Below, one piece after another: positions 1 to 8,509 of a stretch of 64,000 bases of DNA. The translations under genes and the position numbers were made by a program. Every line of letters starts with the position of its first letter. Position 1 is the first letter of the stretch. Below the pieces are notes generated by a model. That model was not told the origin of the DNA, searched no databases, and saw only the letters and a list, made by a program, of their open reading frames with translations. The stretch is taken from NCBI GenBank assembly GCA_963795085.1, contig CAWCFX010000004.1, positions 512,001-576,000 on the forward strand. Reading direction: 5' to 3'. The stretch comes from an uncultured Gemmatimonadales bacterium (GTDB lineage Bacteria > Gemmatimonadota > Gemmatimonadetes > Gemmatimonadales > GWC2-71-9).

Positions 1-211
1 CCGCGGCCTGGAACTGCCCGGCGAGGTACCCACCCGCCCGCCGTCCCCCCGGGGTATCCGGTGCCCGGCCTTCCATGGAATCATGCGCCAGGATGGACAG
101 GTGAGCTTTCATCCGGTTCGAATCCAGCGCGGCCAGCACCCGGTCAACCGGTTCCTGCGCGGAGAGCGCCAGGGGAAACCACAGGGCCGCTACCAGGGCT
201 GGACATCTCAT
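1..211 (-). CDS. M28-family peptidase, N-terminal part (runs off left edge)
   Basis: Manual translation from ATG 211: MRCPALVAALWFPLALSAQEPVDRVLAALDSNRMKAHLSILAHDSMEGRAPDTPGGRRAGGYLAGQF. Signal peptide plus LAHDSMEGR motif typical of M28 N-termini; start overlaps the upstream stop (ATGA). Confidence 0.75.
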   Translation of the reverse strand, partial: MRCPALVAALWFPLALSAQEPVDRVLAALDSNRMKAHLSILAHDSMEGRAPDTPGGRRAGGYLAGQFQAA

Positions 212-1098
212 TGCGGTTCCCTCGAATGGAGAAAAGTGAGAATTTCTCGGGCTACCCGTTCCGGCTGCTCGACATGGGGCCGGTGCCACGCGTTGCCGAT
301 CTCCACCAGCCTTCCGTGCGGCAGGCTGGCGGCGATCTTCAGGCCGATTTCTATCGGAATGAGGGGATCCATTCCGCCCCACAGCAGCAGTGTCGGCTGG
401 GTCAGCTGCGAGAAGCGGCCCTTCATGGCGGTAAAGTCAAAGTCGCGGAGAAACATGGTGGCGGCCATTCGTTCGGCGCTGTCGGACCGCGCGGCCGGTC
501 CCGGCTCGGGGGGATCGGCAAGCCAGGCGGGGTCCTCGATCGGTACCAGCAGTTCCCGCGCTTTCAGGGCTGCCGCCGCCAGGGTCCTGGCGTCATCGGA
601 CACCGGTTCGTTGCCGAGGCCAAGCCCCAGTCCGTAGCCGGCGGGGGCGATGAGTATGGCCGACACAATCCGGTCCGGTCTCCGGATGGCCAGTTCGGCG
701 GCGATCTCTCCCCCCATGGAATGGCCCACAACCACGACCGGGCCGCGGATCCACGAGTCGAGCGCCCGCTCCAGCCGGGACGCCATGGGGCCCAGGTCGT
801 ACCCGCTGGACGGCTTCTCGCTGAGGCCGGAGCCGGGCAGGTCCAGCGCGACCACCGAGTACTGTGCCGCCAGCGGCTCGATCAGCCCGCGGAACGCGAG
901 CAGCGATTCGCCAAAGCCATGGAGCAGCAGGAGGGTCGTGTCCCCTGCGCCGGTCCGCAGTACCCGGAGATGCACGTCGCCGGCCGGCAGCCATTCGGCC
1001 TGGTAGGGCTCGCGGGCTTGCTGGCCCCGGTCCAGCAGAAAGACGAGCGGCACCGTGAGCGCGGCCGCGAGCATCCACCACTTGCTCCGGCGGGTCAT
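208..1098 (-). CDS. Alpha/beta-fold hydrolase
   Basis: LLLHGFG oxyanion motif, GHSMGG nucleophile elbow, C-terminal His; ATG 1098 overlaps the upstream stop. Confidence 0.9.
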   Translation of the reverse strand: MTRRSKWWMLAAALTVPLVFLLDRGQQAREPYQAEWLPAGDVHLRVLRTGAGDTTLLLLHGFGESLLAFRGLIEPLAAQYSVVALDLPGSGLSEKPSSGYDLGPMASRLERALDSWIRGPVVVVGHSMGGEIAAELAIRRPDRIVSAILIAPAGYGLGLGLGNEPVSDDARTLAAAALKARELLVPIEDPAWLADPPEPGPAARSDSAERMAATMFLRDFDFTAMKGRFSQLTQPTLLLWGGMDPLIPIEIGLKIAASLPHGRLVEIGNAWHRPHVEQPERVAREILTFLHSREPQ

Positions 1099-1982
1099 TC
1101 CGACCGGCACTCCACCAGGGATATCGTTCCGCCCAGCGTGAGGACCCGTTCACTGGTGGTCGCGAGCAACCCCCGGCTGGTCCAGGCGATGCCTTCGCCC
1201 TGGACATCCAGTCCACCGGCATCGCACCGGGGACGCTCCCGGTCCGGCTCGAGCCTGCCCTCATGGAGCCGAAAGAAGTAGATGTAACGGTAGGTCCGGA
1301 TCGCCACCTCGCTGCCGTTGGCCGCCAGGGCCGCATCGGTCACCTGGTATCCGAGGCCATCGGGGAAGGGGAGATCGTGCAGGAATCTGGCGGTCACCCG
1401 GCCCCGGCGGTCCCAGCCGCGGCGGTCCACGAAATAGACCCGGCCGCCGCCCGACCGTTCCTTGCTCACCAGGTACAGGTCCTGGTCGGCCGTCACCAGG
1501 ATGGCTTCGACGTTCCGGGGACCGTCCTCAAACTCCAGTTCCAGCTCGGCGTCCACCCCGAGAGTGCCGGAAGACACGTTCCGGGTATCAGGTTCGCTCA
1601 CCCGGTACACCAGGACCGATTGCCGCCGCAGGGCATTGTCCCCGGTATCGGCAAGGTAGAGGCAGTACCGCGTGCCACAGGGCGCCAGCGCCATCGCTTC
1701 CCAGTCCACGTTGTCGGCCCCGCGAACCCGGTAGCTTCCCCGGTCCGCCCCGCTGCTGTCGGTGGCAAAGATCTCCGGGGGATTCCCCGAGTCGTTGAGA
1801 GTCCAGAAGAGCCCCCGCTCCCGCCGGCTCGCCGCCAGGCCCGAACTCTCCCGGATCCGGGGGTTGGCCAGTGCGCTCTGGTGCAGCACCCGGACCGTGT
1901 CCTCTCGGATCACCGCCTGGGCCCCCCCTCGCTCGGTCAGCCCCAGCGCCAGCGCGACAAGGACCAGTGTTGTTCTCGCCAT
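1095..1982 (-). CDS. Secreted beta-propeller-like hypothetical protein
   Basis: Signal peptide MARTTLVLVALALGL; motifs ESSGLAAS, NDSG, DWEAMA, ADTGDN, QGEGIAW. Confidence 0.75.
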   Translation of the reverse strand: MARTTLVLVALALGLTERGGAQAVIREDTVRVLHQSALANPRIRESSGLAASRRERGLFWTLNDSGNPPEIFATDSSGADRGSYRVRGADNVDWEAMALAPCGTRYCLYLADTGDNALRRQSVLVYRVSEPDTRNVSSGTLGVDAELELEFEDGPRNVEAILVTADQDLYLVSKERSGGGRVYFVDRRGWDRRGRVTARFLHDLPFPDGLGYQVTDAALAANGSEVAIRTYRYIYFFRLHEGRLEPDRERPRCDAGGLDVQGEGIAWTSRGLLATTSERVLTLGGTISLVECRSE

Positions 1983-2114
1983 GCCTAATGATAGCTGGCC
2001 CCCCGGTCCGCCCATTCCGCTGACCTGCCACCTTGCCCCTCGCCCCCTTGCCCCCTTTTCTCTCCCCCGCCATGCGGCCATCTTGCTACTCTACTTTCAG
2101 CCCGAACGAGCCTC

Positions 2115-4148
2115 ATGCTTGATAGCCTTAAGTCTCGCCCTACACCCAAGTTACCGGACAATGTCCGGTTCGATGGGCGGATTCTCTTCCTGACCGAGGA
2201 CCCGGTCCTGCTGAATCAGCAGCTTTCCGGCGAGGATCTGGACTGGAACCCGGCGATCCCCCTCAGGAATGATATCTCTACCGACGAGATTACCCCGGCT
2301 TACATCTGTTACTACTTCGACGAGACCCTGGGAGAATTTCCCTACCTGGGACTCAAGGCCGGGGAGGAATTTCCCATCGGCCGGGGCTCAGTCAAGCAGG
2401 GCGGGTTTGCGGTATCGGTCAGCGGCAAACGTCGCGGCAAGGGATCCAGCCGGGAGCAGTCGCCGTACGCGGAAATGATGGCGGGTATCCGGCTGGTGAT
2501 CGCCGAGAACATCGAGCGGATCTACCGGGAGAACTGCCAGAACCTGGGGTTGTTCACCAGTACCGACTTCACCCTGATCGGCCGGATTCGCCGCGGCGAG
2601 GCAATTCCCCTGGCGGAGTTCACCCGCGGGGAAGGGGAGATCACCCGCGGCATCATTGAGTACGGCGGGCTCTTCCAGTACAATGTGGCCCGGCTGCAGG
2701 GAAAGGTCTCGGTCCCCGCGCCGTCGGCGCCGCCCCGGCCCATGACCCTGGCCGAGAAGATCATCGCCCGGCACTGGGTGGCGGACCTGTCCTCCAACCG
2801 GGTTGGCACGCCCTTCGTCACCCCCGGCGACGAGGGCTTCATCCGCACCGACATCCGCTTCAGCCACGAGTACGTCACCCCCATGTCGGCCATCTTCTGG
2901 CGGGACTACGTGGGGGAACACGAGAAGGTCGTGGACCCGGAGTCCATCTTCTTTTTCCGCGACCACCTGACCTTCCTCGAGCTGGCCATGACCGACGAAC
3001 GGAAGGCAGAAGGCCTGCTGGACGTCGCGCTGGAACTCAAGAAGAAGCAGGAGGACTTCTCGGAAGAGCAGGGAATCAAGCTCTACGGAGAGCTGCCCCG
3101 GCTGGGACCCAACATGGTGGTGCAGGGCTCCGAGGCGATCTGCCATTCGAAGATGCTGGAGCAGCACGCTCTCCCCGGCCAGGTGATCATCGGGAGCGAT
3201 AGCCACACCCCCCACAGCGGCGCGATGGGCGCGCTGGCCTTCGGCGTCGGTACCACGGCGATCTTCAACTCCTGGCTGACCAAGGATGTTCGTATCCAGG
3301 TCCCGCCCTCGGTGCTCATCCGGGTGAACGGCGTCAAGCCGGAGAACGTCACCGCCAAGGACTTCATGCTGCAGATCCTGCGGCAGCCCTACGTGAAGAA
3401 CGGCAAGGCCATTGGCAAGATCGTGGAGTACGCCGGCGACGCGGTCCAGGCGCTTTCGATAGACGAGCGCGCCACCATGACCAACATGGCCGCCGAGGTG
3501 GGCGCCTTTACCGGCCTGATTCAGCCCGATGAGAAGAACGTGGAGTTCCTGGTGCGGGAGCGGGGGACGCCTCCCGCTGCGGCGCGGGCCCTGCTGGAAG
3601 GCATGTTCTCCGATCGGGACGCGGTCTACGAGGAAGTCATCGAGATCGATGCCCATGCCTTACGGCCCATGATCGCCCTGCCCGGCGATCCCGGGAACGG
3701 TCTCTTCATCGAGGAGCTGGGCCAGGATGTCAAGGTGGATATCGCCTACGCCGGCAGCTGCACCGCCGGGAAGAAGGAGGACATGGACATGTATGCCCGG
3801 GTCCTCAAGGAAGCGGCCGACCAGGGCGAACGGATCCATCCCGATGTCCGGTTCTATATCCAGTTCGGCAGCCAGGACGTCAAGCGGTACGCCGAACGGA
3901 TGGGTTATGTGGAGGTGTTTCGGGCGGTAGGGGCGGAGATCATCGAACCCTCCTGCGGGGCCTGCATCAACGCCGGACCCGGCGTCTCCTATGACAAGCA
4001 GACAGTGACCGTGAGCGCGATCAACCGGAACTTTCCGGGCCGCTCCGGGCCGGGTCAGCTCTACCTCGCCAGCCCCTATACCACGGCCGCCAGTGCACTG
4101 GCGGGCCGGATCTCGGTGTGGGAACAGGCTGTAGGAAGTGAGAAGTGA
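2115..4148 (+). CDS. Aconitase-family dehydratase, swivel (LeuD-like) domain fused N-terminal to the LeuC-like [4Fe-4S] domain
   Basis: DISTDEITP and GSSREQ in the N-terminal part; TLAEKI, GSDSHT, GSCTAG, PSCGAC, NRNFPGR in the C-terminal part. Confidence 0.9.
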   Translation: MLDSLKSRPTPKLPDNVRFDGRILFLTEDPVLLNQQLSGEDLDWNPAIPLRNDISTDEITPAYICYYFDETLGEFPYLGLKAGEEFPIGRGSVKQGGFAVSVSGKRRGKGSSREQSPYAEMMAGIRLVIAENIERIYRENCQNLGLFTSTDFTLIGRIRRGEAIPLAEFTRGEGEITRGIIEYGGLFQYNVARLQGKVSVPAPSAPPRPMTLAEKIIARHWVADLSSNRVGTPFVTPGDEGFIRTDIRFSHEYVTPMSAIFWRDYVGEHEKVVDPESIFFFRDHLTFLELAMTDERKAEGLLDVALELKKKQEDFSEEQGIKLYGELPRLGPNMVVQGSEAICHSKMLEQHALPGQVIIGSDSHTPHSGAMGALAFGVGTTAIFNSWLTKDVRIQVPPSVLIRVNGVKPENVTAKDFMLQILRQPYVKNGKAIGKIVEYAGDAVQALSIDERATMTNMAAEVGAFTGLIQPDEKNVEFLVRERGTPPAAARALLEGMFSDRDAVYEEVIEIDAHALRPMIALPGDPGNGLFIEELGQDVKVDIAYAGSCTAGKKEDMDMYARVLKEAADQGERIHPDVRFYIQFGSQDVKRYAERMGYVEVFRAVGAEIIEPSCGACINAGPGVSYDKQTVTVSAINRNFPGRSGPGQLYLASPYTTAASALAGRISVWEQAVGSEK

Positions 4149-4160
4149 GCCGAATTCCGG

Positions 4161-5348
4161 TTACTCGTTGCCTGGCGCTTCACTGACGGTTTCGTCCGGC
4201 TCCCGCGCCGGCCGGAATGACCCAGGGTCATACACGCCGCGGGGGTTCCACAGGATCCAGGACTTGAGGCCCACGTCCTCCACGGCCCGGATTTGTTCCT
4301 TCACATGGAACGCTGAATAGCGCGGCGCTCCCAGGGTGAACGCCTGCAGCCAGGGGCGAATCTCCGCCGTTTCGCCCAGCGGGGCGGAGCGCTTGATCCC
4401 GTCCTCCAGCGCCCGGCGGACCACCTTGTACGGCTCGCTGTTGGGATGGCGGATGTCCCCGAACCCGCCATAGTAGTGGCTGGGATACACCATCGGCAGC
4501 ACCACGTCCGCGCTGGTCACCAGGTCCTCCCAGACCTGCCCGATCCCCATGTCCACGGTGGTGCTGGACGTCATCCCGAAGATGTCGATGGTAAAGGGGA
4601 CCCCCAGCGGCTTGACCAGGTCCCGGAGGAGCCGGATGTTGCGGCGGACCCCCTCCCGGGTGGACTCCCCTTCCCGGCGGGACGAGAAGACCGCGGAGGC
4701 CATCCTGGACCGGGGCTCGTCCGGAAACCGCACGTAGTCGAACTGCAGTTCCGCAAACCCCATCCGCACCGCTTCCTCGCCCAACTGGGCCGCATAGACC
4801 CACACCGAATCGTTGAAGGCATCCACCCAGGCAAAGTTGAGCCGGTCCCGCCAGAGGCCTCCCGCAGTGTGCCGGACCGACCAGTTGCTCTTCTTCGTCG
4901 CGAGCAGGGGGTCCTTGGCGACCACGATCCGGGCGATCGGGTAGATCCCGCGGGCATGGAGGAGCTGGAGCCGCTCCCGGACGTCGGGCGCCCGCAGTTC
5001 GCTGTTGGCGCCGATCTGAATGGCCGTGGGCACCGACGACCGGTAGGTCAGGTACCCGGTGTCGTCCTTCACGTCGATGACGAACGCGTTGACCTCGGTG
5101 CTGTCGGCCAGCCGGACCAGGTCGTAGAAACGCCGGCTGCCGAAGACCCATGCGTTGAGATAGACCGCCCGAATGGAGGCGGGTGGCTTCGCCAGGGGCG
5201 GCGCCGGCCAGGCGACGGGGTCGGGACGGGTCCGGGCCAGGCTTTCAGGCGGAGCGGTCGGGGCGGGCAGTTCATCCCACTGCTGCGCGGCAGCCGGGAG
5301 GGCAAGGCCCGCCAGGACCGGCAGAAAAAAGAAAACGCGGCTTGTCAT
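4161..5348 (-). CDS. Secreted putative glycoside hydrolase (DUF4015-like)
   Basis: Signal peptide; VIDVKDDTG, IARIVVAKD, ELQFDYVRFP, PMVYPSHY, IRPWLQAF, WILWNP. Confidence 0.85.
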   Translation of the reverse strand: MTSRVFFFLPVLAGLALPAAAQQWDELPAPTAPPESLARTRPDPVAWPAPPLAKPPASIRAVYLNAWVFGSRRFYDLVRLADSTEVNAFVIDVKDDTGYLTYRSSVPTAIQIGANSELRAPDVRERLQLLHARGIYPIARIVVAKDPLLATKKSNWSVRHTAGGLWRDRLNFAWVDAFNDSVWVYAAQLGEEAVRMGFAELQFDYVRFPDEPRSRMASAVFSSRREGESTREGVRRNIRLLRDLVKPLGVPFTIDIFGMTSSTTVDMGIGQVWEDLVTSADVVLPMVYPSHYYGGFGDIRHPNSEPYKVVRRALEDGIKRSAPLGETAEIRPWLQAFTLGAPRYSAFHVKEQIRAVEDVGLKSWILWNPRGVYDPGSFRPAREPDETVSEAPGNE

Positions 5349-5360
5349 GACGCGTAATCT

Positions 5361-5376
5361 AGCAAGCGATGTGCCT
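5361..5376 (-). promoter_or_regulatory. Possible sigma-54 promoter
   Basis: Minus strand AGGCAC-ATCGC-TTGCT with GG-N10-GC spacing, just upstream of ATG 5348. Confidence 0.4.
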
Positions 5377-5401
5377 GCCAACCTGTGCTCCGAGTCACCC
5401 C

Positions 5402-7000
5402 TTACGGGGGCGAAATCACCCGGATCTCGATCCGGCGGTTCAAGACCCGTGCGACATCAGAGGAATCTTGCGTTATGAAGTTGGTGGCGCCGTAACCCTT
5501 GATCGTCAACTGGCTGCCGGCGACTCCCTGTTCCAGCAGGTAGATCCGAATGGCCTGCGCCCGGTCGGTGGACAGCCTGAGGTTCTGGGCCGGGGGCAAC
5601 CGGTCGTGCGCGTTGCCGCCGATCTCCACCCGGATCGATGGATTGGCACGCAGGGTAGCGGCGATCGAGTCCAGCAACGGTTTCACCGCCGGGCGGACCG
5701 TGGAGCTGCGAAGCGCAAAGGCGTTCCCCGGTATCGTCCAGTTGCCCCGCGCGTTAGCCGCCGGCGGGATCACCGCGGCGGCGCTGTCGCCCGGTGGCTG
5801 AACTGGGGTAACCGGGCACCCATAGGCATCCACCCGGGTGCCAGCGGGCGTGTCGGGACAGAGATCGCCGGTATCCGGGGTGCCGTCCCCGTCGGCGTCG
5901 GGGGCCACCGGGCACCCGTTGGCGTCCACCCGGGACCCGGCCGGGGTGTTGGGACACCGGTCGTTGGGGTCATTCACTCCGTCGCGGTCGCTGTCCACGA
6001 CCGGTTCGCAGCCGAAGGCATTGACGATGGCGCCCGGCGGCGTGTTGGGGCAGCGGTCGATTCCATCGAACACCCGGTCATTGTCCTGGTCTCCCGGGCA
6101 TCCCAGCCGGTCCACGGTGGCCCCGGCCGGAGTGTTGGGACAGCGGTCCAGCCCTTCGAACACCTTGTCGCCATCCGTGTCCGAGGGGCAGCCCGTCGCA
6201 TCCACCAGTGCCCCGGAGGGGGTATCCTCGCACTGGTCCACGCCGTCCAGCACGCCGTCCCGGTCGGTATCCTTGGGACACCCGGCCGCATCCACCAGGG
6301 CCCCGGCGGGGCTGCTGGGACAGCGGTCTATGCCATCCAGTACCGTGTCACCGTCGGTGTCGCTGGGGCATCCGTGCCGGTTGACGATCGCCCCCAGCGG
6401 GGTGGCCGGGCAGCGGTCGTATCGGTCAAAGACCAGGTCCTCGTCGGTGTCCGCCAGCCGGCGGCTCGCCAGCATCCAGCTGAAACCGGCGCTGAATGAG
6501 AGATTGGAAAACGAGGGCGACGAGCTCCGGCTCATCAGCGCCTCGGTCCGGAGCATCAGGGTCGGCGAAAGGGCCAGGCGCAATCCTACGCCGCCCAGGA
6601 GGGCGCCTGCCGAACCGCAGATGGTGCTGGGCGCCACGCTATCCGGGCAGTTACCGTAGCCGATGCGGCCCAGGCCGGCCCGCAGGTAGGCAGAGCTGTA
6701 CAGGCCGAGGGGAAGGTTGTACAGGGCGGACCCGGCCAGGCTGGCGACGTTGACGCTCTGGCCATTGCTCGACTGGGGACTGGCGAACGAGCCTTCGAAC
6801 TCGATCGACGCGTAGCGCCAGAACCAGTACCCCAGCCGGCCGGTTCCCCCGATGGTTCCATTCAGTTCGGTGGCGCCGTCGAATGAGTTATAGGACCCGG
6901 CCGCGCCGGCTTCGATTCTATAGAGGCGCTGGGCTTCGGTACGCCCGGGCAACGCCATGGCGAGGGCCGTTATCAGAACCAGTTGCGACAGCCGCGTCAT
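5402..7000 (-). CDS. OmpA-family protein: beta-barrel, seven thrombospondin type-3-like repeats, OmpA C-terminal domain
   Basis: Signal peptide from ATG 7000; seven DxDxD..D.CP..P.G..V...GC repeats; NLRLSTDRA, GYG, NRRIE. Confidence 0.9.
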   Translation of the reverse strand: MTRLSQLVLITALAMALPGRTEAQRLYRIEAGAAGSYNSFDGATELNGTIGGTGRLGYWFWRYASIEFEGSFASPQSSNGQSVNVASLAGSALYNLPLGLYSSAYLRAGLGRIGYGNCPDSVAPSTICGSAGALLGGVGLRLALSPTLMLRTEALMSRSSSPSFSNLSFSAGFSWMLASRRLADTDEDLVFDRYDRCPATPLGAIVNRHGCPSDTDGDTVLDGIDRCPSSPAGALVDAAGCPKDTDRDGVLDGVDQCEDTPSGALVDATGCPSDTDGDKVFEGLDRCPNTPAGATVDRLGCPGDQDNDRVFDGIDRCPNTPPGAIVNAFGCEPVVDSDRDGVNDPNDRCPNTPAGSRVDANGCPVAPDADGDGTPDTGDLCPDTPAGTRVDAYGCPVTPVQPPGDSAAAVIPPAANARGNWTIPGNAFALRSSTVRPAVKPLLDSIAATLRANPSIRVEIGGNAHDRLPPAQNLRLSTDRAQAIRIYLLEQGVAGSQLTIKGYGATNFITQDSSDVARVLNRRIEIRVISPP

Positions 7001-7166
7001 AATATCCTGGGCGGGGGGACACCGGAGCGGCGCACCGCTGCCCCTCCGGGAGGATGGAAGTATGGGCCGGTGCCGGCGCCCGGGGCAAGACAAACCCTTG
7101 GCACCGGGCCGGACGCTGGCTACGATTCGCGGGACCAGCCTGACTCCTTGAGCCTCCTGTGAGCCC

Positions 7167-7391
7167 ATGCGCATCTCGATTGAATACTGCGTCGTTTGAA
7201 ACTATCAGCCCCGGGCGTCCAGTTTGGCCGCCGAACTGAAGCGAGCGTTTCCGGATGCCGAAGTGCGCCTGGTCGAGTCATCGGGCGGCGTCTTCGAGGT
7301 CTCGGTCGATAGCGCCGTCGTTTTTTCCAAGAAGACCGCCGGCCGTCACGCCGACCCCGGCGAAGTCCTCGACATCATCCGGAAGCGCTGA
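7167..7391 (+). CDS. SelW/SelT/SelH (Rdx) family selenoprotein, CxxU motif, in-frame UGA at 7197-7199
   Basis: Read-through translation MRISIEYCVV(U)NYQPRASSLAAELKRAFPDAEVRLVESSGGVFEVSVDSAVVFSKKTAGRHADPGEVLDIIRKR*; I.YCxxU.Y..RA, GGxFEV and FSKK..GR motifs. Confidence 0.88.
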
Positions 7392-8468
7392 GTGAGAATC
7401 GCGATCTCCACCGGCGGCGGCGACGCCCCCGGCCTCAATGCCGTCATCCGCGCCATCGTCCTCTCCGCCTACCAGCGCGGCTGGCAGACCTATGGCATCC
7501 GCCGCGGTTTCGACGGACTCCTGGAAAACGAAGGTATCATGAGCCTGGGCCCCCGCGAGGTGAAGGGGATCACCCACCTCGGCGGGACGATCCTGGGCAC
7601 CACCAACCGGGGCAACCCCTTCAAATACATCAAGACCAGCGAGAACGGCACCGAAGTCGAGTATGACCGGTCCGATGAGCTGATTTCCGCGTTCCATGCC
7701 AGTGGATTCGAGGCCCTGATCTCCATCGGCGGAGACGGCAGCCTCCTGATCGCCCACGAACTCTGGAAGAAGGGTCTTCCGGTGGTGGGCGTCCCCAAGA
7801 CCATCGACAACGACGTGGTCGGCACCCTGGCTACCTTCGGGTTCGATACCGCGGTCAGCACCGCCACCGAGGCCATCGACAAGCTGCACTCCACCGCCGA
7901 GAGCCATCAGCGTGTGATGATCGTGGAGGTGATGGGGAGGTACGCCGGCTGGATCGCGCTTCACAGCGGGCTGTCCGCCACCGCCGATGTCATCCTGATT
8001 CCGGAGATCCCGTTCGACATCGAGAAGGTGTGCGACAAGATCCGGCGCCGGGAAGCCCAGGGGCGCCATTTCAGCATCGTGGTGGTCGCCGAAGGCGCCG
8101 TACCGGTGGGTGGGTCGGTGGTGCTGCTGGAGCGGCGGGCCGGCACGCCCGACCGGCTGGGCGGGATCGGCAGCCAGGTCGCGCGGGCCATCCAGGAGCG
8201 GACCGGCAAGGAAACTCGCACCCTGGTGCTGGGACACCTGCAGCGGGGCGGGTCGCCCACGACCTTCGACCGCCTGCTGGGCCTGCGGTTCGGCGCAGCG
8301 GCCGTGCGGGCCGTGGCCGAGCGCGAATTTGGCGTCATGATCGGCTATACTCCGCCGACCATATCCCGGGTGCCGCTGGACCAGGTCGTGGGAAGGCAGA
8401 AAAACGTTCCGGTCGATTCCGACACGGTGATGACCGCCCGCGAACTCGGCCTCAGCCTGGGCGACTGA
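7392..8468 (+). CDS. pfkA: 6-phosphofructokinase, probably ATP-dependent
   Basis: TGGGDAPGLN, GGTILGT, GGDGS, PKTIDND, EVMGR, LGHLQRGG. Confidence 0.95.
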   Translation: MRIAISTGGGDAPGLNAVIRAIVLSAYQRGWQTYGIRRGFDGLLENEGIMSLGPREVKGITHLGGTILGTTNRGNPFKYIKTSENGTEVEYDRSDELISAFHASGFEALISIGGDGSLLIAHELWKKGLPVVGVPKTIDNDVVGTLATFGFDTAVSTATEAIDKLHSTAESHQRVMIVEVMGRYAGWIALHSGLSATADVILIPEIPFDIEKVCDKIRRREAQGRHFSIVVVAEGAVPVGGSVVLLERRAGTPDRLGGIGSQVARAIQERTGKETRTLVLGHLQRGGSPTTFDRLLGLRFGAAAVRAVAEREFGVMIGYTPPTISRVPLDQVVGRQKNVPVDSDTVMTARELGLSLGD

Positions 8469-8509
8469 CCATCCCGCACGGGGCGCGGATCCATCGCGCC
8501 CGAGGCTTC

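Noticed and set aside
7278..8237. Long antisense and alternative-frame ORFs (also 24108-26879, 17972-19852, 59397-61094 and others)
   Set aside because: Shadows of well-supported genes in high-GC DNA, with no recognisable motifs
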